The notes: generated by a model not told the origin, from the sequence alone. A stretch of DNA of 47,125 bases from Chiloscyllium plagiosum (GCF_004010195.1 NC_057719.1:24591465-24638589), one strand, 5' to 3'; positions 12,200 through 23,846 are shown, counted from the stretch's first letter. Translations and numbers: made by a program.

Positions 12200-12868
12200 T
12201 GCTTCCAATTAAACCTGTTGGACTATAACCTGGTGTTGTGTGATTTTTAACTTTGTACACCCCAGTCCAACACTGGCAACTCCGAATCATTAATAATCCT
12301 TGAAATGGTGGTCGCGATGAGCAATCATCATGGACTTCTGCAGTTTATGTAGTGAAGGTACTCACACATTACTGTTCGGTAGGAAATATCAGGGTTTTGA
12401 CTGGGTCACAGTGAACAAACTGTGGTATTGCTACATGGCTGGCTCATGAGCAACATGATACCATTCCCGTGCGTCATCTGCCCTTGATGCGGAGGAGCTG
12501 GTGTTTTTCTGGGTGTACAAAGGTAAAAATCTCACAACACCAGATTATGGTTCGACAGGTTTATTTAGAAGCACTAGCTTTCATAGTGCTGCTCCTTCAT
12601 CAGGTGGTTGTGCAGCATAAAACCATAAGATGCAGAATTTATAGCAAAAGATTAGTGTTATGCAACTGAAATGATATATTGAACAAACCCGGATTATTGT
12701 TAAGTCTTTCATCTTTTAGAATGGGCTGCAGGTTTTGCTTCATTAATATGTAAATCTCAGAACTTCTTTTAAACCACCTTCTCAAGGTAACTTAAGGTTT
12801 TATAACAAAGGTGACATCTCAGCTCAGACAGTGCATTAAAGGTGTGAGGTCAGAGGCTGTCTGTATCC

Positions 12869-13254
12869 CAGAGTGTCGACATGGATAACACCATTACCCA
12901 TGGACCCACTATGTATGCAGCAGGTACACATGTGACTCAGCCAACGTTGTCTATCTCATACACTGCAGGCAAGGATGCCCTGAGGAATGGTACATTGGCG
13001 TGACCAAGCAGCTGCTACAACAACGGATGAATGGACACCGCACAACAATCACCAGACAGAGGTGTTCCCTTCCAGTCGGGGAACACTTCAGCGGTCAGAG
13101 ACATTTAGCTTCAGATCTTCGAGTGAGCGTCCTCCCAGGTGCACCCCAGGACAGGCAACAATGCAAAGTGGCCGAGCAGAGGCTGATAACCAAGTTCAGT
13201 ACCCATGAGGTTGGCCTCAACCGGGACTTTGGGTTCATGTCACACTACAGGTGA
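12869..13254 (+). pseudogene. PLE GIY-YIG endonuclease domain remnant
   Basis: Frame of ORF 13000 extended upstream: YTCDSANVVYLIHCRQGCPEEWYIGVTKQLLQQRMNGH..PVGEHF..AEQRLI..GLNRD (VVY..YIG, R, E and N motifs); frameshift near 12903; 5'-truncated with no RT. Confidence 0.92.
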
Positions 13255-13257
13255 CTC

Positions 13258-13495
13258 CACTACACTATACACTCTCACTCACACAAACACACACGCACGC
13301 ACACACACTTGCATGCTCACACAGTTACATAGTCACCCTCTCTCATATATCTCCCACACTCGCACCCATGCACACAACCTCTCACAGGCTTATACTCCAT
13401 TACGCTCATGCACACACTGTACTAAGCTCTCACACATGCAAACACACGCACGTGCACACACTCCCACTCTCTCTCTCATGCATGCACACATGCAT
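13258..13495 (+). repeat. Imperfect (CA/CT)-rich simple repeat in the PLE 3' region
   Basis: ACACAC/CTCTCT runs; explains the T/H-rich ORFs 13205 and 13251. Confidence 0.9.
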
Positions 13496-15021
13496 ATAAG
13501 TCTATGGGATGAATTTGTATTTGCAGAATAATTTTATTTTGCTCAAAAATTGCACAATCTGCAGGCAGTCAAACCATGTAATATTTTGTAACTTCCACTT
13601 TGGAAATAGAACCAGTCTCACTCAAGATTGGGATACAGACAGACTCTAACCGTACACCTTTAATGTATTGTCTGAGCTGAGATGTCACCTTTTGTTATAA
13701 AGTATATGTGAGGTGACTTAAAAGAAGTTCTGGGATTTATATATTAATGAACCAAAACCTGCAACCCATTCTAAAAGATGAAAGACTTGACCACAATAAG
13801 TCTCACATCTGTCGTCTGCAAGGTGTTAGAAAGGATTCTAAGGGAGACGATTTATGACCATCTGGAAGAGCATGGCTTGATTAAATGCAATCAATACGTG
13901 CCTCACAAACCTTATCGAGTTCTTTGAGGATGTGACTAGAAAAGTTGATGAGGGTTGAGCTGTGGATGTGGTGTATATGGACTTCAGCAAGGCATTTGAT
14001 AAGGTTCCCCATGGTAGGCTCATTCAGAAGGTCAGGAGGAATGGGATACAGGGGAACATAGCTGTCTGGATACAGAGTTGGCTGGCCAACAGAAGACAGC
14101 GAGTGGTGGTAGAAGGAAAATATTCTGCCTGGAAGTCAGTGGTGAGTGGCGTTCCACAGAGCTCTGTCCTTGGGCCTCTACTGTTTGTAATTTTTATTAA
14201 TGACTTGGATGAGGGGATTGAAGGATGGGTCAGCAAGTTTGCAGACGACACAAAGGTTGGAGGTGTCATTGACAGTATAGAGGGCTGTTGTAGGCTGCAG
14301 CGGGACATTGACAGGATGCAGAGATAGGCTGAGAGGTGGCAGATGAAGTTCAACCTGGATAAATGTGAGGGGATGCATTTTGAAAGGTCAAATTTGAAAG
14401 CTGAGTACAGGATTAAGGATAGGATTCTTGGCAGATGAAGTTCAACCTGGATAAATGTGAGGTGATGCATTTTGAAAGGTCAAATTTGAAAGCTGAGTAC
14501 AGAATTAAGGATAGGATTCTTGGCAGTGTGGAGAAACACACTTCTAAGTGTGGGCAGTAGTGATCATGAGCTTGAAAGATACTTTGTTGAATAAACTTGG
14601 AAAGGTGCTGCAAAGTTCCTTTGTAGATGATGCATGCTATAGCCACATTCCAGCAGTCTATTGAAGGCAGTAAATGTTTTAATTTGATGAATAGAATGAT
14701 AAAATGAGTGTGCAGGTACATAGATCCCTTAAAATGGCCATCCAAGTGGACAGGGTTGTTAAGAAAGCATATGGTGTTTTGGCTTTCATTAACAGGGGAA
14801 TTGAGTTTAAGAGTTGAGATCTTGTTGCAGCTCTATAAAACTTTGGTTAGACCGCACTTTGAATACTGCGTTCAGTTCTGGTCGCCCTATTATAGGAAAG
14901 ATGTGGATGCTTTGGAGAGGGTTCAGAGGAGGTTTACCAGGATGCTGCCTGGACTGGAGGGCTTATCTTTTGAAGAGAGGTTGACTGAGCTCGGACTTTT
15001 TTCATTGGAGAAAAGGAGGAG

Positions 15022-15048
15022 NNNNNNNNNNNNNNNNNNNNNNNNNNN
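15022..15048. other. Assembly gap (27 N)
   Basis: Run of N. Confidence 1.
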
Positions 15049-15240
15049 CGGTTTCCTCCCACAGTCCAAAGATGTGCAGGTCAGGTGAATTGGCCATGCT
15101 AAATTGCCCGTAGTGTTAGGTAAGAGGTAGATGCGTAGGGGTATGGGTGGGTTGCGCTTCGGCAGGTCGGTGTGGACTTGTTGGGCCGAAGGGCCTGTTT
15201 CCACACTAAATAATCTAATAATCTAATCTAATAATAAAAA
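15049..15240 (+). mobile_element. HE1-type V-SINE, 3' half, nested in the CR1
   Basis: TTTCCTCCCACAGTCCAAAGATGTGCAGG V-domain, CR1-like GGGCCGAAGGGCCTGTTTCC end and (TAATC)n tail. Confidence 0.9.
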
Positions 15241-15661
15241 AAAATGGCTAACACGAGGGGTCACAGTTTTAAGCTGGTTGGAGGAAAGTATAGAGGGGAT
15301 GTCAGAGGCGGGTTCTTTACACAGAGTTGTGAGAGCATGGAATGTGTTGCCAGCAGCAGTTGTGGAAGCAAGGTCATTGGGGACATTTAAGAGACTGCTG
15401 GACATGCATATGGTCACAGAAATTTGAGGGTGCATACATGAGGATCAATGGTCGGCACAACATCGTGGGCTGAAGGGCCTGTTCTGTGCTGTACTGTTCT
15501 ATGTTCTACAATCCAGATTGTGGGGTGACACTATAATCTTTTGATATAAATTCTGTGTCTTATGATCTTATACTCCACAACCACCTGATGAAGGAGCAGC
15601 ACTCTGAGAGCTCGTGCTTCCAAATAAAGTACTGTAACATGATGTTGTGTGATTTTTAACT

Positions 15662-16020
15662 TCATCTGCCTTTGGTCTTGTAAGTGTGGGCAGTAGTGAT
15701 CATGAGCTTGAAAGATACTTTGTTGAATAAACTTGGAAAGGTGCTGCTATGTACTTTGTAGATGATGCATGCTATAGCCACAATCCAGCAGTCTATTGAA
15801 GGCAGTAAATGTTTTAATTTGATGAATATACTGATAAAATGAGTGGGCTGCTTTGTCTTAGATTCTCTTGAGCTTCTTGAATGTTGTTGAAGTTTCACTC
15901 ATCCAGACAAGTGGAGCGTGTTCCATCACAGTCCTGACTTGTGCCATATTCAAAGTGGTCAGGTCTTCTGAAATCGAGAGCTGAGTTACTCACTGCAAAA
16001 TTTCCAGCTTCTGACTACGT
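15662..16020 (-). mobile_element. Old CR1/L2-group LINE fragment; continues at 12288-12486 and hosts both PLE insertions
   Basis: Colinear similarity to 36920-37610 (for example TTCCATCACA..CTGA, AGCTTCTTGA). Confidence 0.65.
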
Positions 16021-16449
16021 GTAAACATCAATAAGCATCCCTATATCTGCCCTTACAATGGAAGCTAATTAGTTATTAAAATGTTAGGAAATAACGTTTT
16101 AAATTCTGTAAAATGTACCATTTTAACTTTGGTAGATTGTCACTCTTCTGTTCTTTTTGCAGGGGTATATTTTGAATTTCATTTTGTTCTCTAGCACCTT
16201 TTTCAGTTTACAATATTTATTGTATAACATGATCAACTCTGCTGATAATAGCAGGTAACATTTGTACAACATAGATCTAGACAATGATAATCTCCAATGA
16301 ATGAATCCAACATCCCTGAACATTCACCAGCATGGAACATGTTAAGGCTTTCACTTTTCACATTCTAGAGTCATTGACCAGAAGTTTAATTAGATCATCC
16401 AAATAAATACTGTACCTGCAAGAGTAGTTAGGGAACTCTAGCTAGTAAC

Positions 16450-16930
16450 ACAGTCCTTGACTGTACATCATCGTCATTGGCCTGGAAGAGTGCAGTTCCA
16501 GCAAAACACAAGGAGTTCATAGCTATATGAACAAGACAACTGGTATGGTTGCTTGATTGGCACCCAAAACCACCACATTAAATATTCATCACCAGAGCAG
16601 AGTGGCTGCAGGGACTCTCCAAGGCTCTTTTGACACCATCTATCATAGCACAAACTGTACACCAAGCAAGGCAATGCAAAGGTGAAATGGGATTGCACTA
16701 CTTGAAAGTCTCCTTCCAATTTATACACCATTATAACATAGAAATATATCCCCATCTTTCAGCCTTGCTGGGGTAAAATCCTGGGACTCCTCACCCAATG
16801 AGAGTATCTTTGTGACATAGGCTTTCTTGAACAGCACCAGTCAATCACCACTACCTATTCAAAGGAAATTCAGAGCAATATTTTCTGGACTTGCAAGAAA
16901 TGCTCACATCCCATGAATGAATTTTAAAAA
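16450..16930 (+). mobile_element. Old CR1/L2-group LINE 3' fragment
   Basis: GCTTGATTGGCACCC..GTAAAATCCTGGGACTCC..CACATCCCATGAATGAATTTTAAAAA; reverse-complement similarity to 36847-37440. Confidence 0.6.
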
Positions 16931-17412
16931 TGCCTTCGTCATTATTGGTCACAATATTACAATCTGCAGGATTAGTGAATTATTCAGGTTTGTTTTGAAT
17001 TTCATGTCTCATTTTATATTTCATCACAGAATAGATTTAAGCAAAATTCTTTGTTACTTGACGGCACTAAATTAATTCAATCATTATTTAAGTACCAAAC
17101 CAATCATTTAATGATTCATATAGTTAAAATTCAAATTTATTCATTTAATCAGGTTCAAATGAGACATTTAATCTAAAGCAGAGTAAAATATAAAGTTGGA
17201 TACCATTTTCTTTGAAATCTCCTAAAAATGTCAATCATTAGTTACCACAGATGTGCATTAGGTTTGTCATCTGTTAAAACCTAAAATCTAATCAAAAAGA
17301 AAGCAAGATCTAAACAAATGCTTACATTATTCTGTATCTAGATTCCCTAGATTTCACTAAATCCAGAGATGAAAGGTTTGTTTTGAGGTGAGACTGAGCA
17401 ATTTAGGCCTAT

Positions 17413-17609
17413 TAGAAAGTGAGGACTGCAGATGCTGGAGATCAGAGATGAAAATGTGTTGCTGGAAAAGCGCAGCAGGTCAGGCAGCATCCAAGGAGCA
17501 GGAGAATCGACGTTTCGGGCATGAGCCCTTCTTCAGGAACCTGAAGTTTCCTGAAGAAGGGCTTATGCCCAAAACGTCAATTTTGCGCTTTTTCAGCAAC
17601 ACATTTTCA
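17413..17609 (-). mobile_element. Mini fold-back PLE
   Basis: Inverted arms meeting at 17537-17550; 36-nt tail 17413-17448; TSD CAATTTArGCCTAT at 17399-17412 and 17608-17621. Confidence 0.88.
17505..17539 (-). ncRNA. Minimal HHR motif, intact core
   Basis: Reverse complement TTC-CTGAAGA-A-GGGC(TCAT)GCCC-GAAA-CG-TC-GATT; ACGT palindromic helix III and GUC cleavage triplet. Confidence 0.8.
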
Positions 17610-17634
17610 ATTTAAGCCTATACCAGTTAGTGTT

Positions 17635-18412
17635 TAGAAGAATCAGAGGCAATCTAATTGATGTGTATATATAAGACGCGTAAGGGAATTGACAAAATAG
17701 ACATAGAATGGACATTTCCCCTTGTGGAGAAAGTGAGGACTGCAGATACTGGAGATTAGAGTCGAGGGTATGGTGCCAGAAAAGCACAGCAGGTCATTAG
17801 AGAAGCAGGAGAATCGCCGTTTCAGGCATAAGCCCTTCATCAGGAATGAGGCTTGTGGCCCGGGAGGGGGAGCGGGACTGGGGGGAAGGTAGCTGAGATT
17901 ACGATAGGTAGATGAAGGTGGGAGTGAAGGTGATAGGTCGGAGAGGAGGATGAAGTGGATAGATGGGAAAGAAGATGGACAGGTAGGGCACGTCAAGAGG
18001 CCGGGGCCAAGTTGGAAGGTTGGATCTGGGATAAGGTCGGGGAGGGGAAATGAGGAAATTTGTGAAATGCACATTGATCCCACATTCCCCTTGTGGTGCA
18101 ATCTAGAACAAGACGCCATAGTCTTAGGCTAAGGGGTGGCAGAATTATAACAGACATGGGAAGGTACTACTTCCCTCAAAGGATTGTGTATCTGTGGAAT
18201 TTCTACCACAGAGTGCAGTGGGCACCAGGACACTGAATAAATTTAAGAAGGAGATAGACTGATCTTTAATTAGTAATGGGTTAAAGGGTTGTGAAGAAAT
18301 GGGAGGAAAAGTGGAGTTGAAGCCAAGATGAGATCAGCCATGATTGTATTAAATGGAGGAGCAGGTTGGAGGGGTTGAATTTCCTACTTCTGTTCCTAGT
18401 CCTTCTGTTCAT
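17635..18412 (+). mobile_element. CR1 3' fragment interrupted by a PLE
   Basis: GGCAATCTAATTGA..TCTAGAACAAGA..TCAGCCATGATTGTATTAAATGG tail. Confidence 0.8.
17726..18081 (-). mobile_element. 5'-truncated PLE (ORF end plus pLTR)
   Basis: Minus strand GINVHFTNF (EN C-terminus); mutated HHR 17812-17846; TSD ACATT(T)CCCCTTGTGG at 17712-17727 and 18082-18096. Confidence 0.85.
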
Positions 18413-18919
18413 ATCATTTGCCAGAATCAGTAAGTAAGTAAAGTTTTCATTTAGTAGTACAAAAAGTATCACAAGAAGAAAGGTCATTCACGTGTATCAT
18501 TGACCTGGAGAAATTCTTACTTCTATAGATGTCCCTGTTTATTTACTATGCATACAGTGGTAGATACTGTATTCACTTGGAGAAGCTTGGATAAGTGGAA
18601 AAGCAGATGCGGAGAGCATGGATGTATGAGTAACTCATGCCTGAATGTGGCAATACAGGCAGCCTGTAAGCTTAGTGCAGTCTTCCCATTATATCTTCAT
18701 TGTAGCATGCAGCCATTGATTTGCGAGCTGTTATGCAGCTCAATCTTGGTAACAGAACTCAAAAAATGACAGACTAGTGCAAGTTAAAGTTCGCTTGTGC
18801 AGTAATAACAGTGTGCACTTCAAAAAGAAGAGGTATATTTGGGCTTGAGGAGGGCTTGACATTAATTGCAGACATGATTTGGACCTGGAGGTAACAAAGT
18901 AATGGCACATGACAAACAG

Positions 18920-19445
18920 TGGATTCTAAAGTTCTCCAACACATCATTTGAGTCTTTATGGTGAAGGTTGATAGAAGAGAGGGAGTCCTATTTTTTTTTA
19001 AGATTACTTACAGTGTGGAAACAGGCCCTTCGGCCCAACAAGTCCACACCGACCCTCCGAAGAGCAACCCGCCCAGACCCATTCCCCTACATTTACCTCT
19101 TCACCTAACACTCCGGGCAATTCAGCATGGCCAATTCGCCTAACCTGCACACTTTTGGACTGTAGCAGGAAACTGGAGCAAACCCACGCAGACACTGGGA
19201 GAATGTGCAAACTCCACACAGACAGCTGTGCAGGTTAGATGAATTGGCCATGCTGAATGAGGCAGGAATTGAACCCAGGTCTCTGGCGCTGTGAGGCAGC
19301 AGCACTAACCACTGCCCCACCGTGCTGCCTATGACAGAAGAGGGGTAAACTTTCCAGACAAACTCTGAGAAGGTAGTGGGAGCAGAAAGACATGCAGGTC
19401 AATTTCAGCAGTGTCATCCAAAAGATTAGGGTCAAAAGATGTTCA
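18920..19445 (+). pseudogene. Harbinger/PIF-type Myb/SANT-like DNA-binding ORF remnant, split by a SINE
   Basis: Joined across the SINE and one frameshift: LKFSNTSFESL/MVKVDRREGVL*QKRGKLSRQTLRR*WEQKDMQVN, resembling the F(S/T)..LE.L..EV..R..VL..W..(I/V)A..VN pattern of this family. Confidence 0.5.
18992..19329 (-). mobile_element. HE1-type SINE, full length
   Basis: tRNA-like head (minus strand GGGGCAGTGGTTAG..GGTTCAATTCC), V-domain and tail; CCTAT on both sides is a possible TSD. Confidence 0.93.
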
Positions 19446-19613
19446 TCTCCCTCACAAGTGATTAATGCAGCAAATCCTCTTCAAATGCAGCATTTCACCA
19501 ATTGCACAACTAGCCTCACACACTACTCAGTGCTTCAAACCCTATCAGTTACCAGTCATTAGTCTCCCAGTAATCACAACCCAAACCTCCTAATCATACT
19601 TTCACCTAACCTT

Positions 19614-19639
19614 CACACACACACACACACACACACACA
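19614..19639 (+). repeat. (CA)13 microsatellite
   Basis: Direct count. Confidence 0.97.
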
Positions 19640-20920
19640 GAGTTCTCTAAAAGGTCTTGTATTCCAATATCTCACCTCATGTACTTTGCTAACTATCAAA
19701 TTATGGTAAAACATCATATGAGCGCACTGAAACACATTCACAGACACACTCCCACTCTTGATGCCACTTTGCACTGAAAGCCTTGCATCTAGCGCTGAAA
19801 ATAAGCGCTTTTAGAAAACAAATGTTGCAACCACTGTGTTTTCTATTGATTTTTCCAAGGTCAAATCAGAGTAGATAAAATGTTGAATATTGCTGAAAAT
19901 GGATTTGATCAAAGCTTTTCACCTTGTACTTATCAGAACAATTTGCTGAAGTACCAGAAGAAGAAATCAACTTTTATACTGTATGAAAGGAGGGTGCTGA
20001 GTCCTCGAGGATAGCGTAATTAATTATGACTGACAGGTAACTGCCAACTAATGTTTAAGTTTTAAACAAGGCAGTTTGACTTCGATTGATCAAGGTATTG
20101 CCCTGAGTAATGAATCACAATGACTATTTTGGTGGGTTGTAACAGGCATTTCTTATGAATTGTCCTGAATCATGGAAGACAGAAGGCTTTTACAGAATGT
20201 CATTTTTTCCAAAAATATGCACATTTTGTAATATTGAATGATGAAAGATATAGAATGATTACTTTGGAAGTCACGTGCTTGACGTTATAGAAAATGATGA
20301 CTCATACCCAATAATCAGGCTGACCTTACTTGGAACAAGCAGCCAATGTGGCGAAATGCAACATCATTTTCCCTAATCTTCTCTTCCTTATTTGGTTTAA
20401 ATTTCCTTTAGCTTACTGATCATGTGGCAAGACTTCATACAGGAATTATCATAATAACTAATTGTCTTGATAATTACTTTTGAAGAAGCATCGTGATATA
20501 GAAAAGAACTTTTTTTTATTTCTTTGTGGGATATAGGCATTACTGACTAGGTGAGCACTTACTGCTCATTCTAATTATCCGGGTGGTGAGCTGCGTTTGT
20601 AAACCATCACATCCATGGCACTTAGATGAGGTGTGAGACTATCAGCCCCGGCAACGAATGGGCAGGTGGAATCTGGATAGAGGATAGATAACAAACCATC
20701 AATCATAATGGAATGATGGTGTTAAATCTCTTATGAAAGCCATCATAAATGATAAGTTCCTGTTGACACAGTGATCAGTGCTGTCAGAAAACTCCAACCA
20801 GTATAACTAGCTGGCTGCAGAAGCATAACAGATGCCCATGAAGGAAAGAAATCCAGATGACAGGCATTGGCAATGAGCCCATGTTAGGTTAAAATTCAGT
20901 GATAGACTTTGGCAATGGGT

Positions 20921-22090
20921 TATAGAGTCATAAAGCTATACCGCATGGAATCAGACCCTTCAATCCAACTTGTCTATGCTGACCTGATATCCTAAATTAA
21001 TCTAGTCCAATTTACCCGTATTCGGCCCATATCCCACTAAACACTTCCTATTCATATACCCATCCAAATGCCTTTTAAATATTATAATAATACCAGTCTT
21101 CACCAGTTCCTCTGACAGCTCATTCCATAGACACCACCCTCAGTGTGAAAACATTGCCCCTTAGGTTCCTTTGAAATCTTTCCCATCTCACTGTAAACCT
21201 ATGTCCTCTAATTTTGGACTCCCACACCCCAGGGAAAAGACCTTGTCTATTCATCCTATCCATGCCCCTCATAATTTTGTAAACCTCTATAAGGTCACCC
21301 TTCTGTCTTCGATGCTCCAGGGAAAACAGCCTCAGCCTGTTCAGCCTCTCCCTATAGCTCAAATCCTTCAACCCTGGCAACATTCTTGTAAATCTTTTCT
21401 GAACCCTTTCACAACATCCTTCCTAAAGCAGGTAGACCAGAATTCCAAAAGGAGCCTAACCACTGTACTGTACAGCCACAACATGAGCTCCTAACTGCTA
21501 TATTCAATGCTCTGATAAATAAAAGCAAGCATACCAAATGGCTTCTTCACGAGTTTTTTGGATTCGAGTGGTGCTGGAAAAGCACAGCAGGTCAGGCAGT
21601 CTCCCTGCCTTCATTCCTAATGAAGGGCTTTTGCCCGAAACGTCGATTTTCCTGCTCCTTGGATGCTGCCTGACCTGCTGTGCTTTTCCAGCACCACTCT
21701 AATCTAAACTCTGGTTTCCAGCATCTGCAGTCCTCACTTTTGCTTTCTTCACTATCCTGTCTGCTTTGGACTCCACTTTCAAGGAGCTATGAACCTGCAC
21801 TCCAAGGTCTCTTTGTTCAGCAACACTTCCTAGGACCTTGTCATTAAGTGTATAAGTCCTGCCCTGATTTGCCTTTCCAACATGCAGCATGTCACATTTA
21901 TCTAAATTAAACTCCATCTGCCACTTCTCAGCCTATTGGCCCACCTGATCAAGGTCCCTTTCTACTCTGAGGTAACCTTCTTTGCTGTCTGCTAAACTTC
22001 CAATTTTGGTGTTATCTGCAAACTTACTAACCATACCTCCTATGTTCACTTCCAGATCATTTACATAAATGACAGAAAAGAGTGAGCACT
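20921..22090 (-). mobile_element. CR1 LINE, 5'-truncated
   Basis: ORFs 21120-21383 and 21699-21917 are CR1 ORF2 pieces; tail at 20921. Confidence 0.95.
21551..21744 (+). mobile_element. Mini fold-back PLE nested in the CR1
   Basis: Arm 21562-21599 is inverted to 21666-21704; HHR with G5>A (CTAATGA) at 21613-21647; TSD of at least TTCTTCAC at 21543-21550 and 21745-21752. Confidence 0.85.
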
Positions 22091-23846
22091 GCATCCAAAC
22101 TGGACTGAATGTGCTGAAAATTCTGTTCTTAGTTGAATTAATTCATATCTGTACTGGTATAGGGAAATGGTATTGCTCAGGGCCTTAGATTGTCGACACC
22201 GGTGAACAGCTCTTGCAGTCTGAATAAATTGGTGCATGCTCGCTTCACCTATGCTTCATGAAAGGGCCATTTATTCGGAAAGTACTTAACAAATCTGAGA
22301 TGTCAAGCTGTTGGTACTGCATTAATGGCTTAAGGATATTTTAGCACAGGAAATGTATTAAGATACAATTTGTGGTGCACACTAGCATGGAACATTAAAA
22401 ATTAATTCAGCCAATTTTAGATTATAAATATCTTTCTCATTATAAGACTGGTTATCAGAAAAATAATTTATGGGAATGTCCTCCTAGCCCTGAACAACGA
22501 GAGAATTTTTGGAAAATTAGATGAAGTTTCAAGATCAAAATGTCTCTCTTTCCAACCAAGTGTTGTGTGTTGAGATGTGATTCTTGCTACTAAGACAGCC
22601 CTGTTTACATGGATAATTGCTCATTACCATCCTCATTATGACATAAACTAACCTCGTTACTGAGCAGTGTCCCATTTTACCACCCACTGGATAGACACCA
22701 GGTAGTGAGAATTCCTGTCATGAAAGTCTGTGCAGAAACCTGGTTGACTCTAGCTCGCTATTGGCTCCTCTGGACCTCCATCTCGGACACCTGGATCAAC
22801 ATCTTCAGGCACACAACATAGGCAGTGACTACATGACAGACCCCATGTCCACGGATATTGTACATCAGTGCTTCACTTTGGCACACACTGGCACCTTTTG
22901 TAGGAATGCTGCTGCAAGTACATTGTGCACAGGGACAGGCAACCAGCTCATGATTGGACCAGGCTATACCTCGGGGCTGCTCACTTACTCAGTGCTCATT
23001 CACATTGTGCCCTCTCTATTGTTTAAATCATCCCTGCTTTGTCTTGCCTTTTTGTACTTTGCCCCTGTAGTGGAACTTGAAAGGTACACAGTGCCTTATG
23101 TCTTGCCATGCTGCTTAGCATAGACACAAAGCCAGGGAGCTTTCCATGCTTGCCAGCAGTCATCAATTAAGGATGTGGACATGTTGTTGTATGGCACTGT
23201 CCTATGTCAATCTCGCATCTACCAGAAGCCTGTGCGGCAAACACATTGCACATGCTTCAATCAAATGGCTATATCTCAGAGTTGAAGAGGCATCGTCCTG
23301 AACCAAGCCAAGGGGGACTGCCAGCAATCAGGAGGGTCCTGATTAAGTCAGTGAATGGCAGCAACCGTTCACAGTCTTACTCCGAGTTAGCCCTTCTGCT
23401 CGCGGTGGTCAGGGTCAGCAGGTCTGTGCAGGATCTGGGCCACAGGTGAGTTTGCAGGTCCAGGGCAAGAAGTCAGCGAGTTCACTGATCATCAGCCAGG
23501 AACTGAATGGAGAACGCTCAAGGGTCCAGTCAGTCATCAGTCAGTGCTATCCATCCAAAGTGGTGGGCTACAGTTAATGCTGGGGATGAACGCAATGAGA
23601 GTTATGGGGGGGAGGTGTCAGTGAACATTGTTGTGGTAGAGAATTAGGGAACTTAACCCTGGAAATTGGAGGCAACATCCTGGGATGCAAATGGCCCAAG
23701 GATGGTGAAGGGTAATATTTGTTCTATGAGGGGGGAGAATACGGCAGGCAATAACATGTGATACTGTGGGAGTGACAATTACCAATCTCTCATTAACAAC
23801 TTGCCAAGGAGTGTATGCATGATGATGATGGGCAGAGTCAATCTGT

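Larger units (their letters stand above)
11627..12287 (+). mobile_element. Penelope-like insertion with inverted pLTR arms (11625-11812 and 12063-12250) and a 37-nt tail
   Basis: About 188-bp inverted repeat; tail 12251-12287 on one arm only; perfect 14-bp TSD CATTAATAATCCTT at 11613-11626 and 12288-12301. Confidence 0.92.
13798..15507 (+). mobile_element. CR1 LINE (RT plus 3' end) nested in the PLE pLTR
   Basis: [33 protein letters not shown]; (GTTCTAT) tail; possible TSD ACAAT at 13793-13797 and 15508-15512. Confidence 0.96.
12487..15661. mobile_element. Penelope-like element: tail-bearing pLTR arm (-, 12487-12870) fused to a longer + arm with the GIY-YIG remnant; interrupted by a CR1
   Basis: Arm 12520-12870 is the reverse complement of 13629-13797 plus 15513-15661; 13-bp TSD TCATCTGCCyTTG at 12474-12486 and 15662-15674; decayed HHRs at 12572-12606 (-) and 15582-15616 (+). 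Confidence 0.9.

Noticed and set aside
13205..13531. T/H-rich ORFs
   Set aside because: Translation of the CA-rich simple repeat.
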